Positions 29,484 to 38,215 of a stretch of 57,478 bases of DNA are shown here, piece by piece (the first letter of the stretch is position 1; every line of letters starts with the position of its first letter). Source of the stretch: an uncultured virus (IMG/VR IMGVR_UViG_3300025133_005019) (lineage: Duplodnaviria > Heunggongvirae > Uroviricota > Caudoviricetes); the IMG/VR virus record IMGVR_UViG_3300025133_005019; one strand, written 5' to 3'. Below the pieces are notes generated by a model, which had not been told where the DNA came from, did not search any database, and saw only the letters and a program-made list of their open reading frames with translations. Both the position numbers and the translations under genes were made by a program.

Positions 29484-29986
29484 TCGATTAAGTTCTCATT
29501 CCATTCTCTATGGCCTTCACGATACGCTACATTGCTCTGTGTTTCACGTACTTCAACTTTAAAGCACCATAACCGCTCGGCTTCTGCTTCACCCCACATA
29601 TCTGGAATATAAACACCATTGATATATCGATATAGCATATCAGCAAGTCCTTCGCACCCTAACTTAGGTAGAATGGTTAGTTTAGCAATACCACGCTCTT
29701 GCATTGTTTTGTATAGTTCTAACTCTGGATCATCTTCTGACACTAACAAGGTATGATCAAAAAAATCTTTAAGTACACTTTTTAGTTCTTTTAATCCGCC
29801 ATAATCAGCAGCCCAATTACGAACATCAAGTTCATTAGTACCAAAATAAAATTTCATACTAAATGCATAACCATGGATTAGGTTACAATGGGAGTCAGCT
29901 TTCCACTGACGATATGCTACAGGAAAAGCATCTACATATTCTTTTGTAGACACATATTTATACGCTACTGGTACAATTTCATTCAT
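29480..29986 (-). CDS. queD: 6-carboxytetrahydropterin synthase (QueD/PTPS family)
   Basis: [27 protein letters not shown]. Confidence 0.88.
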   Translation of the reverse strand: MNEIVPVAYKYVSTKEYVDAFPVAYRQWKADSHCNLIHGYAFSMKFYFGTNELDVRNWAADYGGLKELKSVLKDFFDHTLLVSEDDPELELYKTMQERGIAKLTILPKLGCEGLADMLYRYINGVYIPDMWGEAEAERLWCFKVEVRETQSNVAYREGHREWNENLIE

Positions 29987-29992
29987 AATTTA

Positions 29993-30052
29993 TCCTTATG
30001 TTGTTGTAAGGAGCGGAGTATTTTAAGAGGGGCGATCCTAGATTAGTCCTCT
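29993..30052 (-). ncRNA. Candidate preQ1-I-like riboswitch with anti-SD hairpin in the queD leader
   Basis: AGAGG-17 nt-CCUCU-UAAAAUAC, then UCCUUA-8 nt-UAAGGA pairing over the SD. Confidence 0.55.
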
Positions 30053-30070
30053 GAATATTTACGTTAAATT

Positions 30071-30099
30071 ATTATAGACTATATAGTGTTGGAAGTCAA
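30071..30099 (-). promoter_or_regulatory. sigma70 promoter for the queD-fdxA-FTR1-iscA operon
   Basis: TTGACT-17 bp-TATAAT. Confidence 0.8.
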
Positions 30100-30151
30100 G
30101 CGCCATAGTTTTTAATTTGCATAAATATTTATGTTAAAAGGAAAAACTAAT

Positions 30152-30799
30152 ATGAAACTAACATATAATCATTTTTTCCAATTTGGCGATCATATTCGAC
30201 TTACCCAATCTATAGACACAGCACGATTTGCACAAGATTTGGAAGAATTTGATAACGACTGGAATCAATATAATGAATTTAAACCACACATTAGACGAGA
30301 AGGTCTTTGTATATTAAACGAAGATGGCATTATCAAACGAGGACCTGCAATTAGTAGTATACTTGAATGGAACAAAACATATGGAACATCATGGTCTGAA
30401 GACGATTTTGTCGTTCCAACTCCAGTATATCATAAAAGTATAGATATGCAAAATCTATTAGGGCCAATATTGCCATATATTTGCAGAACTCATATATTAA
30501 AAATTAAGCCTGGTGGATTTTTTCCGCCGCATCGTGATGCATATTATAGGGGTGGAATAGAATGCAGGACTTTTCGATTACTGATGCCGTTATATAATAC
30601 AGAGGCACCATGGTTTCGATTTATGGTTGGCGATGCAACATTACCCTGGGCAAATGGTGACCTATATGCTGTCAATACACAGAAAGAACATACACTGTTT
30701 AATACTAGTATTGATAAAGATAGTTACTGGATTGTAATTAATGCGAAAGTATGTGAAGAAATGTTTAACTATGTAACTTCAAATTTATCAGTTCGTTAA
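30152..30799 (+). CDS. 2OG-Fe(II) oxygenase (Asp/Asn beta-hydroxylase-like)
   Basis: PGGFFPPHRD, FRLLMPL, NTQKEHTLFN. Confidence 0.8.
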   Translation: MKLTYNHFFQFGDHIRLTQSIDTARFAQDLEEFDNDWNQYNEFKPHIRREGLCILNEDGIIKRGPAISSILEWNKTYGTSWSEDDFVVPTPVYHKSIDMQNLLGPILPYICRTHILKIKPGGFFPPHRDAYYRGGIECRTFRLLMPLYNTEAPWFRFMVGDATLPWANGDLYAVNTQKEHTLFNTSIDKDSYWIVINAKVCEEMFNYVTSNLSVR

Positions 30800-31470
30800 T
30801 GTAAATATTCCCACAGATCAACAGCACAATCACGCCATTCTGACTTATATGTAGAAAACGGCATGCCTTCGGAATATCGCAAAAATTCCCAATCATTGAC
30901 AATGTATTCTGGACTGATTACTGGATTCCATTCTGCGTCGCGCTCTTTTGCATGCGAACTAAATGCAGGATAAGTCATAAAATCAATAGTAGGAATTTCG
31001 CCAAAACATAATTCAGCTACAATATCTTCTAGATCTAGGTTTGTTAAATTGATGTGTCTTGGTAAGCCATAGTCTGGCGCATTAAAATAAATGTAGATTC
31101 CAGGTATTGGATCATTATTACGTCTGCATAATACGTCATATCGGCCGCTGCCAGGATGGGCACGCCAGCGATTATCCCAAGGCTCGTGCAACACTTGTGG
31201 TAAAAATTTTATAGTTTGTCTTTCTAAATAGAAAATTTTACATGCATCTTCTAATAGAGTTCTGTCTGACATTGAGTTATCAAAAGTGTTTGTTACTATA
31301 AACTGTTCGGCTTGCTCTAAACTTATATTTTGTTTAAAATCATTGTATAATTTCTTTGTGGCAGTAGGATCATGATGAACATATTCGCGTATATTCGGTA
31401 TTTTGCATAATCGCCCGCCATTTATACGATGATATTCAAGCCAATTGTATAATACTTCGTAATTAATCAT
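30796..31470 (-). CDS. Hypothetical protein
   Basis: 224 aa ORF; AHPGSGR motif. Confidence 0.7.
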   Translation of the reverse strand: MINYEVLYNWLEYHRINGGRLCKIPNIREYVHHDPTATKKLYNDFKQNISLEQAEQFIVTNTFDNSMSDRTLLEDACKIFYLERQTIKFLPQVLHEPWDNRWRAHPGSGRYDVLCRRNNDPIPGIYIYFNAPDYGLPRHINLTNLDLEDIVAELCFGEIPTIDFMTYPAFSSHAKERDAEWNPVISPEYIVNDWEFLRYSEGMPFSTYKSEWRDCAVDLWEYLH

Positions 31471-31642
31471 AATAATTTTGCTATGCTATTGTGCCATCCT
31501 TGACCAGGATGTATATCGTCACGAGCTCTTGGCGGATCAGCTGCCAATTCCATTTCAAAGGATTCCTGGCGATTGGCGATTCTTTACCTTTTGGAAATGT
31601 ATTTGGACAATATAAATTTGTACTGTTGGATAGCAAATTCAC
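31467..31642 (-). pseudogene. Internally deleted SGNH-like gene remnant
   Basis: GTG-started N-terminus joined out of frame to ...PPRARDDIHPGQGWHNSIAKLL*. Confidence 0.6.
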
Positions 31643-32269
31643 TTAATCCCACCGATAAAATATATGTGCTCCAATACGACCAACTAAATTCATATTTTTA
31701 CTATTCTGCCAATAAGGTGCTACATATGTTGCATGGTAATGAGTAGAACCTTCTGTAAGTCCACGGTGGGCACCACCATGCATCATTTCCCAAGCAACTG
31801 TTTGTGCTTTTACCCAATTCTCACTGCCCATTGGAATGTCATCTGCCTTTCCGTCACAATACCAGCTGAACTGACACTTATTGCGTATTGGAATATATAT
31901 ACGTTCTTCTGGATTTAAATCTGGATATTGTTTTGTTTTCCAACTTTCTTTTAGTTTTGCATCTTTAACAACACCACAAACGGTATTAGGATAACGAGCA
32001 TCTTGGACACGATTTAAAGTAACATCAGCAACGGCAATCATGCCTGCTTTATTATCTACGCTAGCCTCAAAGAAAATATTTTGTGCTAAACAAAATTCTT
32101 GTTTGTAATCTTGTGGACTATAAAGAAAAAACTCTTTATCATCTCGGTCAAAATGTACTATGGGGGCTGTAGCGGCAGAATTGCTAGCACTTGCATTAGC
32201 TTCTACAATAGCATATGCGCTGCCTAAACCAATGGCAATAACAAGACCTAATGCATCAGTTACATTCAT
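31643..32269 (-). CDS. SleB-like cell wall hydrolase
   Basis: CLAQNIFFEA, NRVQDARYPNTVCGVV, CQFSW, THYHATYVAPYW, IGAHIFY. Confidence 0.92.
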   Translation of the reverse strand: MNVTDALGLVIAIGLGSAYAIVEANASASNSAATAPIVHFDRDDKEFFLYSPQDYKQEFCLAQNIFFEASVDNKAGMIAVADVTLNRVQDARYPNTVCGVVKDAKLKESWKTKQYPDLNPEERIYIPIRNKCQFSWYCDGKADDIPMGSENWVKAQTVAWEMMHGGAHRGLTEGSTHYHATYVAPYWQNSKNMNLVGRIGAHIFYRWD

Positions 32270-32298
32270 AATATAGTTCCTTTTTACTGGTTATATCC

Positions 32299-32327
32299 AT
32301 TATAAGGTAAGACGTATTGAATGTCAA
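32299..32327 (-). promoter_or_regulatory. Boxed sigma70 promoter
   Basis: TTGACA-17-TATAAT; spacer aggtaagacgtattgaa. Confidence 0.8.
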
Positions 32328-33046
32328 GTATTGGAATACTTATTTTTTAATATGTTTGCGGTATGTACGTGACTTTTTACATGATGTACCTTGCCACGTT
32401 TGTTAATTTGAATACTATGTGCAATACTAAAATCATTGCCGTTGATGTCACAGCGATCACCGAAAAATATCAACTCGTCGTAATCATCAAAATCTTTTAA
32501 TATTTGTGATTTATCACAGCCAACTGGAAATATATCAAGCCCCGTTTCACCACCAACAGATGATATAATACCGTGATGTTTATATAATGAATTAAATTGT
32601 TCTGCTATGTTCTCACGCTCGCAATGTTTACGATCCCACAGCACATATTGTTGCCTTTCAACTAGTGATATTCCTCGTCCAGGAATACTAAAATTTAACA
32701 TGCCTGGACGAATTTCAAAATGCTCGCCATTTTTGTTTTTAAATTTGCTTTGATTTAGCTCATGGCGTAGAAAGTTCATTGGAGCAGACGGCAACTCCCA
32801 TGTATTACTATATACATTATTATCTTTTTCCCATACGTCATTGCCACTACAATTATAAACACGTTGGCAGCTATTGTAAATAACTTCACCAATTTGTTCA
32901 ATTGTTTTTGGTCGATCACTGCCTGTTACTAGATATACATCGTTTGCATTACAAAACGCCTTAAACCAAACAGCAAACTTTTTATCCATTGATTGTCTGC
33001 TTGGTGTTAAGGTTCCGTCTACATCAAATATATATGCAGTTGCCAT
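32324..33046 (-). CDS. HAD-IIB hydrolase, phosphomannomutase-like
   Basis: FDVDGTLT, VTGSD, MLNFS, FFGD...GND. Confidence 0.88.
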   Translation of the reverse strand: MATAYIFDVDGTLTPSRQSMDKKFAVWFKAFCNANDVYLVTGSDRPKTIEQIGEVIYNSCQRVYNCSGNDVWEKDNNVYSNTWELPSAPMNFLRHELNQSKFKNKNGEHFEIRPGMLNFSIPGRGISLVERQQYVLWDRKHCERENIAEQFNSLYKHHGIISSVGGETGLDIFPVGCDKSQILKDFDDYDELIFFGDRCDINGNDFSIAHSIQINKRGKVHHVKSHVHTANILKNKYSNT

Positions 33047-33048
33047 AT

Positions 33049-33345
33049 TTAATCGCTGCCCAATTTGTCAAGAAAGGCTTGTTGTTCTTTCTTATATTTC
33101 TTCCATTTATCTCTAAATATATCAACAATCACGTCACCCCACATTAACATTGCAATAGTAAGGATACTAAATATTTTCCGTTCTTTGTCAAGATCTTCAG
33201 CCGCGGGCCATTCAAATAAACCAGTTAGCGGATATACAGCAATGCCAATACAAACATATATAAATAATCGTTTTTGCCATGGAGTTATTTTTGACCATGC
33301 AAAATTCCATTTGAGGAATCCTATAATGTCTTTAATTCGGCCCAT
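33049..33345 (-). CDS. Membrane protein
   Basis: Two TM segments. Confidence 0.6.
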   Translation of the reverse strand: MGRIKDIIGFLKWNFAWSKITPWQKRLFIYVCIGIAVYPLTGLFEWPAAEDLDKERKIFSILTIAMLMWGDVIVDIFRDKWKKYKKEQQAFLDKLGSD

Positions 33346-33347
33346 GT

Positions 33348-33614
33348 CTAATCAGCCTGGTTATTAGTTTTAGATTCTTCGTCGAAACGTACAAGAACCT
33401 CATCATACGTGCCAGTTTGCTCATTGAACACTTGTGAAGTTTTAATGTAGCCTTCATCAATCATCATGTTTACCCATGCTCCAGCTAAGTCTTCACTAAG
33501 TATAATTTGATCAGTTCGACCCTTTAGTCGACCCAAGTAAAATAAGATAAAACCGAGGCCTACCCCGATCCATCCTTGTGCATTAAAAATATAATCCCAA
33601 TCCATATTAAACAC
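33348..33614 (-). CDS. Single-TM hypothetical protein
   Basis: ORF track; hydrophobic N-terminal segment. Confidence 0.6.
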   Translation of the reverse strand: MFNMDWDYIFNAQGWIGVGLGFILFYLGRLKGRTDQIILSEDLAGAWVNMMIDEGYIKTSQVFNEQTGTYDEVLVRFDEESKTNNQAD

Positions 33615-33879
33615 CTCTAATTAAATAATAGTTAGCACCAGAACGTAATAGTGACCAATCAGTACTAGCAGGTTGTTTACTAGTACTAAGTTTTTTCATT
33701 TCTAGCTTTGTGAATTTACGTCCTGATTTATAAAAAGTCTTTGGTTTGATAAAAGTCTTAATATCAATATCGCCTGCTTTGCGGAAGGCAAATAATTTGC
33801 CATCATCATTGATAATATATGTGTGGCGTTTGAATTCACCACCAGTCGTTTCTAACAATGCTTGCATAGTAATTCCCAT
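33607..33879 (-). CDS. Hypothetical phage protein
   Basis: LLETT...HTYI...FYKSGRKF. Confidence 0.65.
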   Translation of the reverse strand: MGITMQALLETTGGEFKRHTYIINDDGKLFAFRKAGDIDIKTFIKPKTFYKSGRKFTKLEMKKLSTSKQPASTDWSLLRSGANYYLIRGV

Positions 33880-33901
33880 TTGAATTTCTATTATAATAGG
33901 G

Positions 33902-33949
33902 TGATTCCGAATGCCCAGTGGAAAAGATGAACAAGGACACTCGGAATCA
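33902..33949 (-). other. Intergenic 15-bp RNA stem-loop with G-U pairs
   Basis: UGAUUCCGAGUGUCC / GGGCAUUCGGAAUCA, 18-nt loop. Confidence 0.7.
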
Positions 33950-33952
33950 TGT

Positions 33953-34303
33953 TTAGTCTAAACGTGATCCAGCATGCGCTGCAAAACCATATTTATTAAG
34001 CACCTCGGCATATGCCCTAGCACCTACTTCTTTAATATCAACGTTTTGGCCACCGTAATTACTTGGATTCCACACACTAAATGCTCTCGTCCAGTCTTGC
34101 TTAATACCAAGCTTCTTAAGAGTGCGGCCAACTTTAGTATTACCTTTGATTTTTTGACCGTCAAGCATATAGATGTTAACCCATGCAAAACCACAACAAC
34201 CCTTCCCATCAGTACCATACTGATTATATAGGTCATTTGAAGCTTTTTCTGCCGCTACTGATGCTTCGTCTAAAATTACTTGAATTTGGTTTGCAGTATA
34301 CAT
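33953..34303 (-). CDS. Hypothetical phage protein
   Basis: CGFAWV...Q..DIKE.GA.AYAEVL...SRLD; GAGGAG RBS. Confidence 0.75.
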   Translation of the reverse strand: MYTANQIQVILDEASVAAEKASNDLYNQYGTDGKGCCGFAWVNIYMLDGQKIKGNTKVGRTLKKLGIKQDWTRAFSVWNPSNYGGQNVDIKEVGARAYAEVLNKYGFAAHAGSRLD

Positions 34304-34315
34304 AATAATCTCCTC

Positions 34316-34609
34316 TTATTTTGCATTAGCCAAATCTTGTTTCATCGCTTCAAGGTTAGCCCTTTGCTTTAGCTTGAGGGCACGTTCATCTAAGACCCGC
34401 ATCAAGTCCCACTTGCTTGAACCTGATACTATCACTCCCTGACGGGTTTGGGCCGTCAGTGTTCCTATACCATGGTTTTCGACCACAGAATACCATTTCT
34501 GATCAGCCTTCCAAGCATAAAGATTGCGGGCCATTATTCTACCGGTTTCTACATGTACATACTCTTGGTCACCAAACTCATTAATGCCGTTCTTTTCAAA
34601 TATTTTCAT
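34316..34609 (-). CDS. Hypothetical protein (probably early)
   Basis: First ORF after a boxed promoter. Confidence 0.65.
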   Translation of the reverse strand: MKIFEKNGINEFGDQEYVHVETGRIMARNLYAWKADQKWYSVVENHGIGTLTAQTRQGVIVSGSSKWDLMRVLDERALKLKQRANLEAMKQDLANAK

Positions 34610-34640
34610 AATCTTGGTCTCGTGGTTAACTTATACTTAT

Positions 34641-34669
34641 ATGATACAGTAAGACGTATTGGTTGTCAA
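34641..34669 (-). promoter_or_regulatory. Boxed sigma70 promoter
   Basis: TTGACA-17-TATCAT; spacer cagtaagacgtattggt. Confidence 0.85.
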
Positions 34670-34682
34670 CCTTTTTTTAGAT

Positions 34683-35654
34683 TTATTTTAACCTATCATT
34701 TGCTATTTGTTCTGCGGCATGCTGTATTGGCATTCCTTCATCTGATGCTATATTAAATATGCTATCTATTCGTACAGTTAGTTCGTGCGTTAATGCATCC
34801 TTATAATCTTTTTTCTCAAAATCTAATGCGGCGGCGACCACACCACCACAGTTAGCAACGAAATCTGGAACATACTTGATGCCCATATTGTGTGCCGTGA
34901 TAATATCGTTACGAGTGCCAAATACGTTATTTGCACTACCACATACATATTTTGATTTGATTAATTGGAGTGATGATTCATTTAGCGCACCACCTAATGC
35001 ACAAGGAACATAAAATTCGCCTTGTAGCAATGCAGTTTCTTCTATATGAGTAACACCTTCTAAACTATCGACAAATGGATCATAAGCTTCTATTTTACCA
35101 TCTAGCATTTTGATTAAATGTTTGCCAACTTTGCCAAGTCCCTGTACTGCAAATGTCTGATCTTTTATTTCTAGTCCATCTTGCTTGAGCAATGTTTTAA
35201 TACTAGTATGTACTCCTAATGCTGTTGGTAGACTAGTATCTAATGTTATGCCTGTCACATATGATGTTGTATCATTCACTCTATATAGATCGTCAACTCC
35301 TGTACCGACATCACCAGCACATATATATGCGCCGTCGTGAAGATTTACGGCTTTACCAAGCATTTGATATGCTAAGTCTCTGTCTTTAATTTTGAGTGCA
35401 TTTATAGTAGTTTTGGCGCCACCATGATTTAATCCTGATGCCGCATTTTTGAATGTCATGCCTTCACTAAGGCGTAATGCGTCTGTTAGTTGTGATTCGA
35501 AAGTTTCATAGTTATAACATCTAATTCCGCCAATGGCTGGTCCTAATTTTGTGCTATGTATAGCAATTATTGCATCCAAGCCCGACTCAAGATGTTCAAC
35601 ATGTAATACTCTTTCGTATCCATCAATAGACATTTCGGTTCGTTTAATTAACAT
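34683..35654 (-). CDS. Glu/Leu/Phe/Val amino-acid dehydrogenase
   Basis: IAIHSTKLGPAIGGIR, LSEGMTFKNA, GGAK, QGLGKVG, PCALG, GSANN, PDFVANCGG. Confidence 0.93.
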   Translation of the reverse strand: MLIKRTEMSIDGYERVLHVEHLESGLDAIIAIHSTKLGPAIGGIRCYNYETFESQLTDALRLSEGMTFKNAASGLNHGGAKTTINALKIKDRDLAYQMLGKAVNLHDGAYICAGDVGTGVDDLYRVNDTTSYVTGITLDTSLPTALGVHTSIKTLLKQDGLEIKDQTFAVQGLGKVGKHLIKMLDGKIEAYDPFVDSLEGVTHIEETALLQGEFYVPCALGGALNESSLQLIKSKYVCGSANNVFGTRNDIITAHNMGIKYVPDFVANCGGVVAAALDFEKKDYKDALTHELTVRIDSIFNIASDEGMPIQHAAEQIANDRLK

Positions 35655-35685
35655 TTTTTTCTCCTAGTAGGATAACTATGTTACA

Positions 35686-36402
35686 TTAATATTTATCCTG
35701 GGTACTCGAATCATGCCACTTACATACATCTTCTGGTGTGTTTATTTCAATGCCATCAAAATCTACTTTATAAGAATGCATTATTCTGCCGTGATGTAAC
35801 CATCGCAATTGTTCAAGTCCTTCTATGCTTTCTTCTGGCGATGGATCCATTTCATTATAATTAGTAAGCGATTCCCATTCATATCCATAAATGCCTAAAT
35901 GATGGTGGCCGTATGTAAAGCCTCTGCCACACCATTGAACTTCGTTAAATCTATTTAAAATTATCTTAACTGTATTAGAATCATGGATAGCGTGGTCTGG
36001 CAATGCAGTATGCAATGTAACTAATTCGCAACCGTCATAATACAGCCCTGCATGAATTTTATTGATCATATTAACATTAACATCTGGCATATCGCCCTGG
36101 ACATTAATAAAATAGTCATACTTGAGCATTCTGTCATCATTCAATGCCATAGAACAACGCCCAGTTCCATTTGTTATTTCTTTATTGTCATCAAAAATAA
36201 CCATTGATGGATCAAACAAACTAGCAATTCGATCATCATCAGTTAACACATATGTATCAAGTCCACTCATTTTACAGTTGAATGCAACTATTTTTATCAT
36301 TTCAACGTTATTAAGTTTAACAAGTGGTTTGCCTGGTAGCCGTGAACTATTGTAACGTGCTGGAATTAATATTGCCGGATCTTTTGATTTAATAAATGAC
36401 AT
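35686..36402 (-). CDS. kdsB: CMP-Kdo synthetase
   Basis: IPARYNSSRLPGKPL, NVQGDMP, HLGIYGY, EGLEQLRWL. Confidence 0.92.
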   Translation of the reverse strand: MSFIKSKDPAILIPARYNSSRLPGKPLVKLNNVEMIKIVAFNCKMSGLDTYVLTDDDRIASLFDPSMVIFDDNKEITNGTGRCSMALNDDRMLKYDYFINVQGDMPDVNVNMINKIHAGLYYDGCELVTLHTALPDHAIHDSNTVKIILNRFNEVQWCGRGFTYGHHHLGIYGYEWESLTNYNEMDPSPEESIEGLEQLRWLHHGRIMHSYKVDFDGIEINTPEDVCKWHDSSTQDKY

Positions 36403-37171
36403 TGCTAATCTGCACTATGTCTGATACTACTTTTTCAAAATCCTTTAGGTATAACATGTTAGGCCCGTCACTTGGTGCTAAATCAGGTTCAGGATGGACT
36501 TCCAAGAAAAAGCTTCTAATCCCAATAGCAGCCCCGCCACAAGCCAGCCTAGGCACGTAATTACGAGAACCGCCTGAGCTAGTTCCCTGTCTGCCTGGTT
36601 TTTGGGCAGAGTGTGTAACATCAAAAATAATATCACTGTTAAAATTGTCGAGCATATACATAAGACCAGTATAGTCAACGATAAGATTGTTGTAACCAAA
36701 ACTTGTTCCTCTCTCTGTTATCCAGACATCTTTTGCACCTGATGTTTTAGATAGGATGCCTGCCACATCCCATGGTGCAAGAAATTGTCCTTTCTTTATA
36801 TTTACTATTTTGTTTGTAGCACATGCAGCCTTAATTAGATCAGTTTGTCTACACAAAAAAGCAGGTATTTGTATTACATCTACAGCATCAAACCAGAGGG
36901 CTGAACAACGCCAACTGTGTATATCAAATGCACTGTGAAAGTCGGTAACTATGTTTACACCAAGTTCTTCCTTTAGTGCTACAAAGTCATTCATTGTATC
37001 TCGCAAACCAAGTCCGCGTTCTCCAGATATGCTTGTGCGGTTTGCTTTATCATAACTTGCTTTGAAATAATATTCGACGCCATATTCATCACATACACGC
37101 TTGCATTCTGTTGCAATCTCTAAGCTTTGCTCTAGTGACTCATGTTGGCAAGGCCCTGCTATAATTCTCAT
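36389..37171 (-). CDS. kdsA: Kdo 8-phosphate synthase
   Basis: IAGPC, KASYDKANRTS, QIPAFLCRQTDL, KKGQFL, ERG, DVTHS, SDG. Confidence 0.95.
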   Translation of the reverse strand: MRIIAGPCQHESLEQSLEIATECKRVCDEYGVEYYFKASYDKANRTSISGERGLGLRDTMNDFVALKEELGVNIVTDFHSAFDIHSWRCSALWFDAVDVIQIPAFLCRQTDLIKAACATNKIVNIKKGQFLAPWDVAGILSKTSGAKDVWITERGTSFGYNNLIVDYTGLMYMLDNFNSDIIFDVTHSAQKPGRQGTSSGGSRNYVPRLACGGAAIGIRSFFLEVHPEPDLAPSDGPNMLYLKDFEKVVSDIVQISNVIY

Positions 37172-37428
37172 TTTTGCTTTTTGCTCCATTTATAAAGTCC
37201 GTAGATACTAATAGCCGCCCAAAAAATTTCAAGTGTAATATTAGCTAATACAGGTTTAAAGTATAAATTCACAAATAGTAAGATTGCGACCATTAAATTA
37301 TTAAAACTATACCAGAATCCCTTTGCATCGATTTTATCGGCCTGCAATAACAAATAGGTAGAAACTAAAAGCAATACTCCAGCATTACCAAAAATGTCAC
37401 TCCAATGTAATGCGTAATAATTAGTCAA
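37168..37428 (-). CDS. Small 3-TM membrane protein
   Basis: YLLLQ...YSFNN...LEIFWAAISIYGL. Confidence 0.7.
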   Translation of the reverse strand: MTNYYALHWSDIFGNAGVLLLVSTYLLLQADKIDAKGFWYSFNNLMVAILLFVNLYFKPVLANITLEIFWAAISIYGLYKWSKKQK

Positions 37429-37438
37429 CTATATACTC

Positions 37439-38086
37439 CTATAATAAAATTTGATGTACTTGTTGTTTTAAAAAGTTTAAATCTTTTGTATTTGATATCT
37501 TTTGATCAAAATCCCAACCAGCCCAACTCCATTCGCTAGGATGAACATCTGGAAATGCTACCTCCATATGGTGGCCTTGATCATGAATATGATATTCTAA
37601 CTCTTTTGGCGTAGTATTTGTGATTACTGCGGTGTCCCACCAACTTGGTTCATTGTCACGCCAAACTACTGCGGTGGTTCCGCCCAACCGCCTAATAACA
37701 TTTAACTCATTAAAAAATCTACAATCTGAGATAACAACATTGTCATCAGTCATTTCTATTTGACGTTCTGCGGCGGCTACCCAGATGTCTGGATGAAAAT
37801 GCTGTCTAAAAACATTAGTGCCAATATATTGCAATGCAAATCTTGGTGTAAAATTTGGAATGTCTAAGCGTTTCGCCCACCATTCGTCAACGGTCTCCCG
37901 CCACACTCTGCTTTCAGATGTATTACCTTCAAGTAGAATTCTATCCCAACTAAAAATATTGGCACACGCATCTTTAAGAACTCCAGCAAAACTAATACGA
38001 CGAAAGCCTTCTTGAATAAGAAAGCCGGCAGCAGTGTCTTTGCCGTGTCCAATAAGTCCACATATTCCTACTATTTTTTTACTCAT
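37439..38086 (-). CDS. Deoxynucleoside monophosphate kinase (T4 gp1-like)
   Basis: GLIGHGKDT, SFAGVLK, TPRFALQYIGT, ISDCRFFNE, HPSE. Confidence 0.9.
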   Translation of the reverse strand: MSKKIVGICGLIGHGKDTAAGFLIQEGFRRISFAGVLKDACANIFSWDRILLEGNTSESRVWRETVDEWWAKRLDIPNFTPRFALQYIGTNVFRQHFHPDIWVAAAERQIEMTDDNVVISDCRFFNELNVIRRLGGTTAVVWRDNEPSWWDTAVITNTTPKELEYHIHDQGHHMEVAFPDVHPSEWSWAGWDFDQKISNTKDLNFLKQQVHQILL

Positions 38087-38089
38087 TTA

Positions 38090-38215
38090 TTACTGTTCCT
38101 GTCTACACTTGCCAGTTAACGTGATTCTTACACCTGTCCAAATTTCCCCATCAGCTTGCATGTTGCCGTTGTGCTTATCAATAATTATTATGTTTTTCTT
38201 ATATGTGAATATCAT
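38090..38215 (-). pseudogene. 41-aa mini-ORF, possible internally deleted oxygenase remnant
   Basis: MIFTYKKNIIIIDKHNGNMQADGEIWTGVRITLTGKCRQEQ*. Confidence 0.35.

Noticed and set aside
3064..31470. Paralogy between 3064..3900 and 30796..31470
   Set aside because: Only faint HP- and FL-motif resemblance; cannot be supported without an alignment.
9601..37171. Bacterial chromosome or chimeric contig explaining the metabolic genes
   Set aside because: They are interleaved with phage genes and overlap phage-specific promoter motifs, with no obvious composition break by eye.
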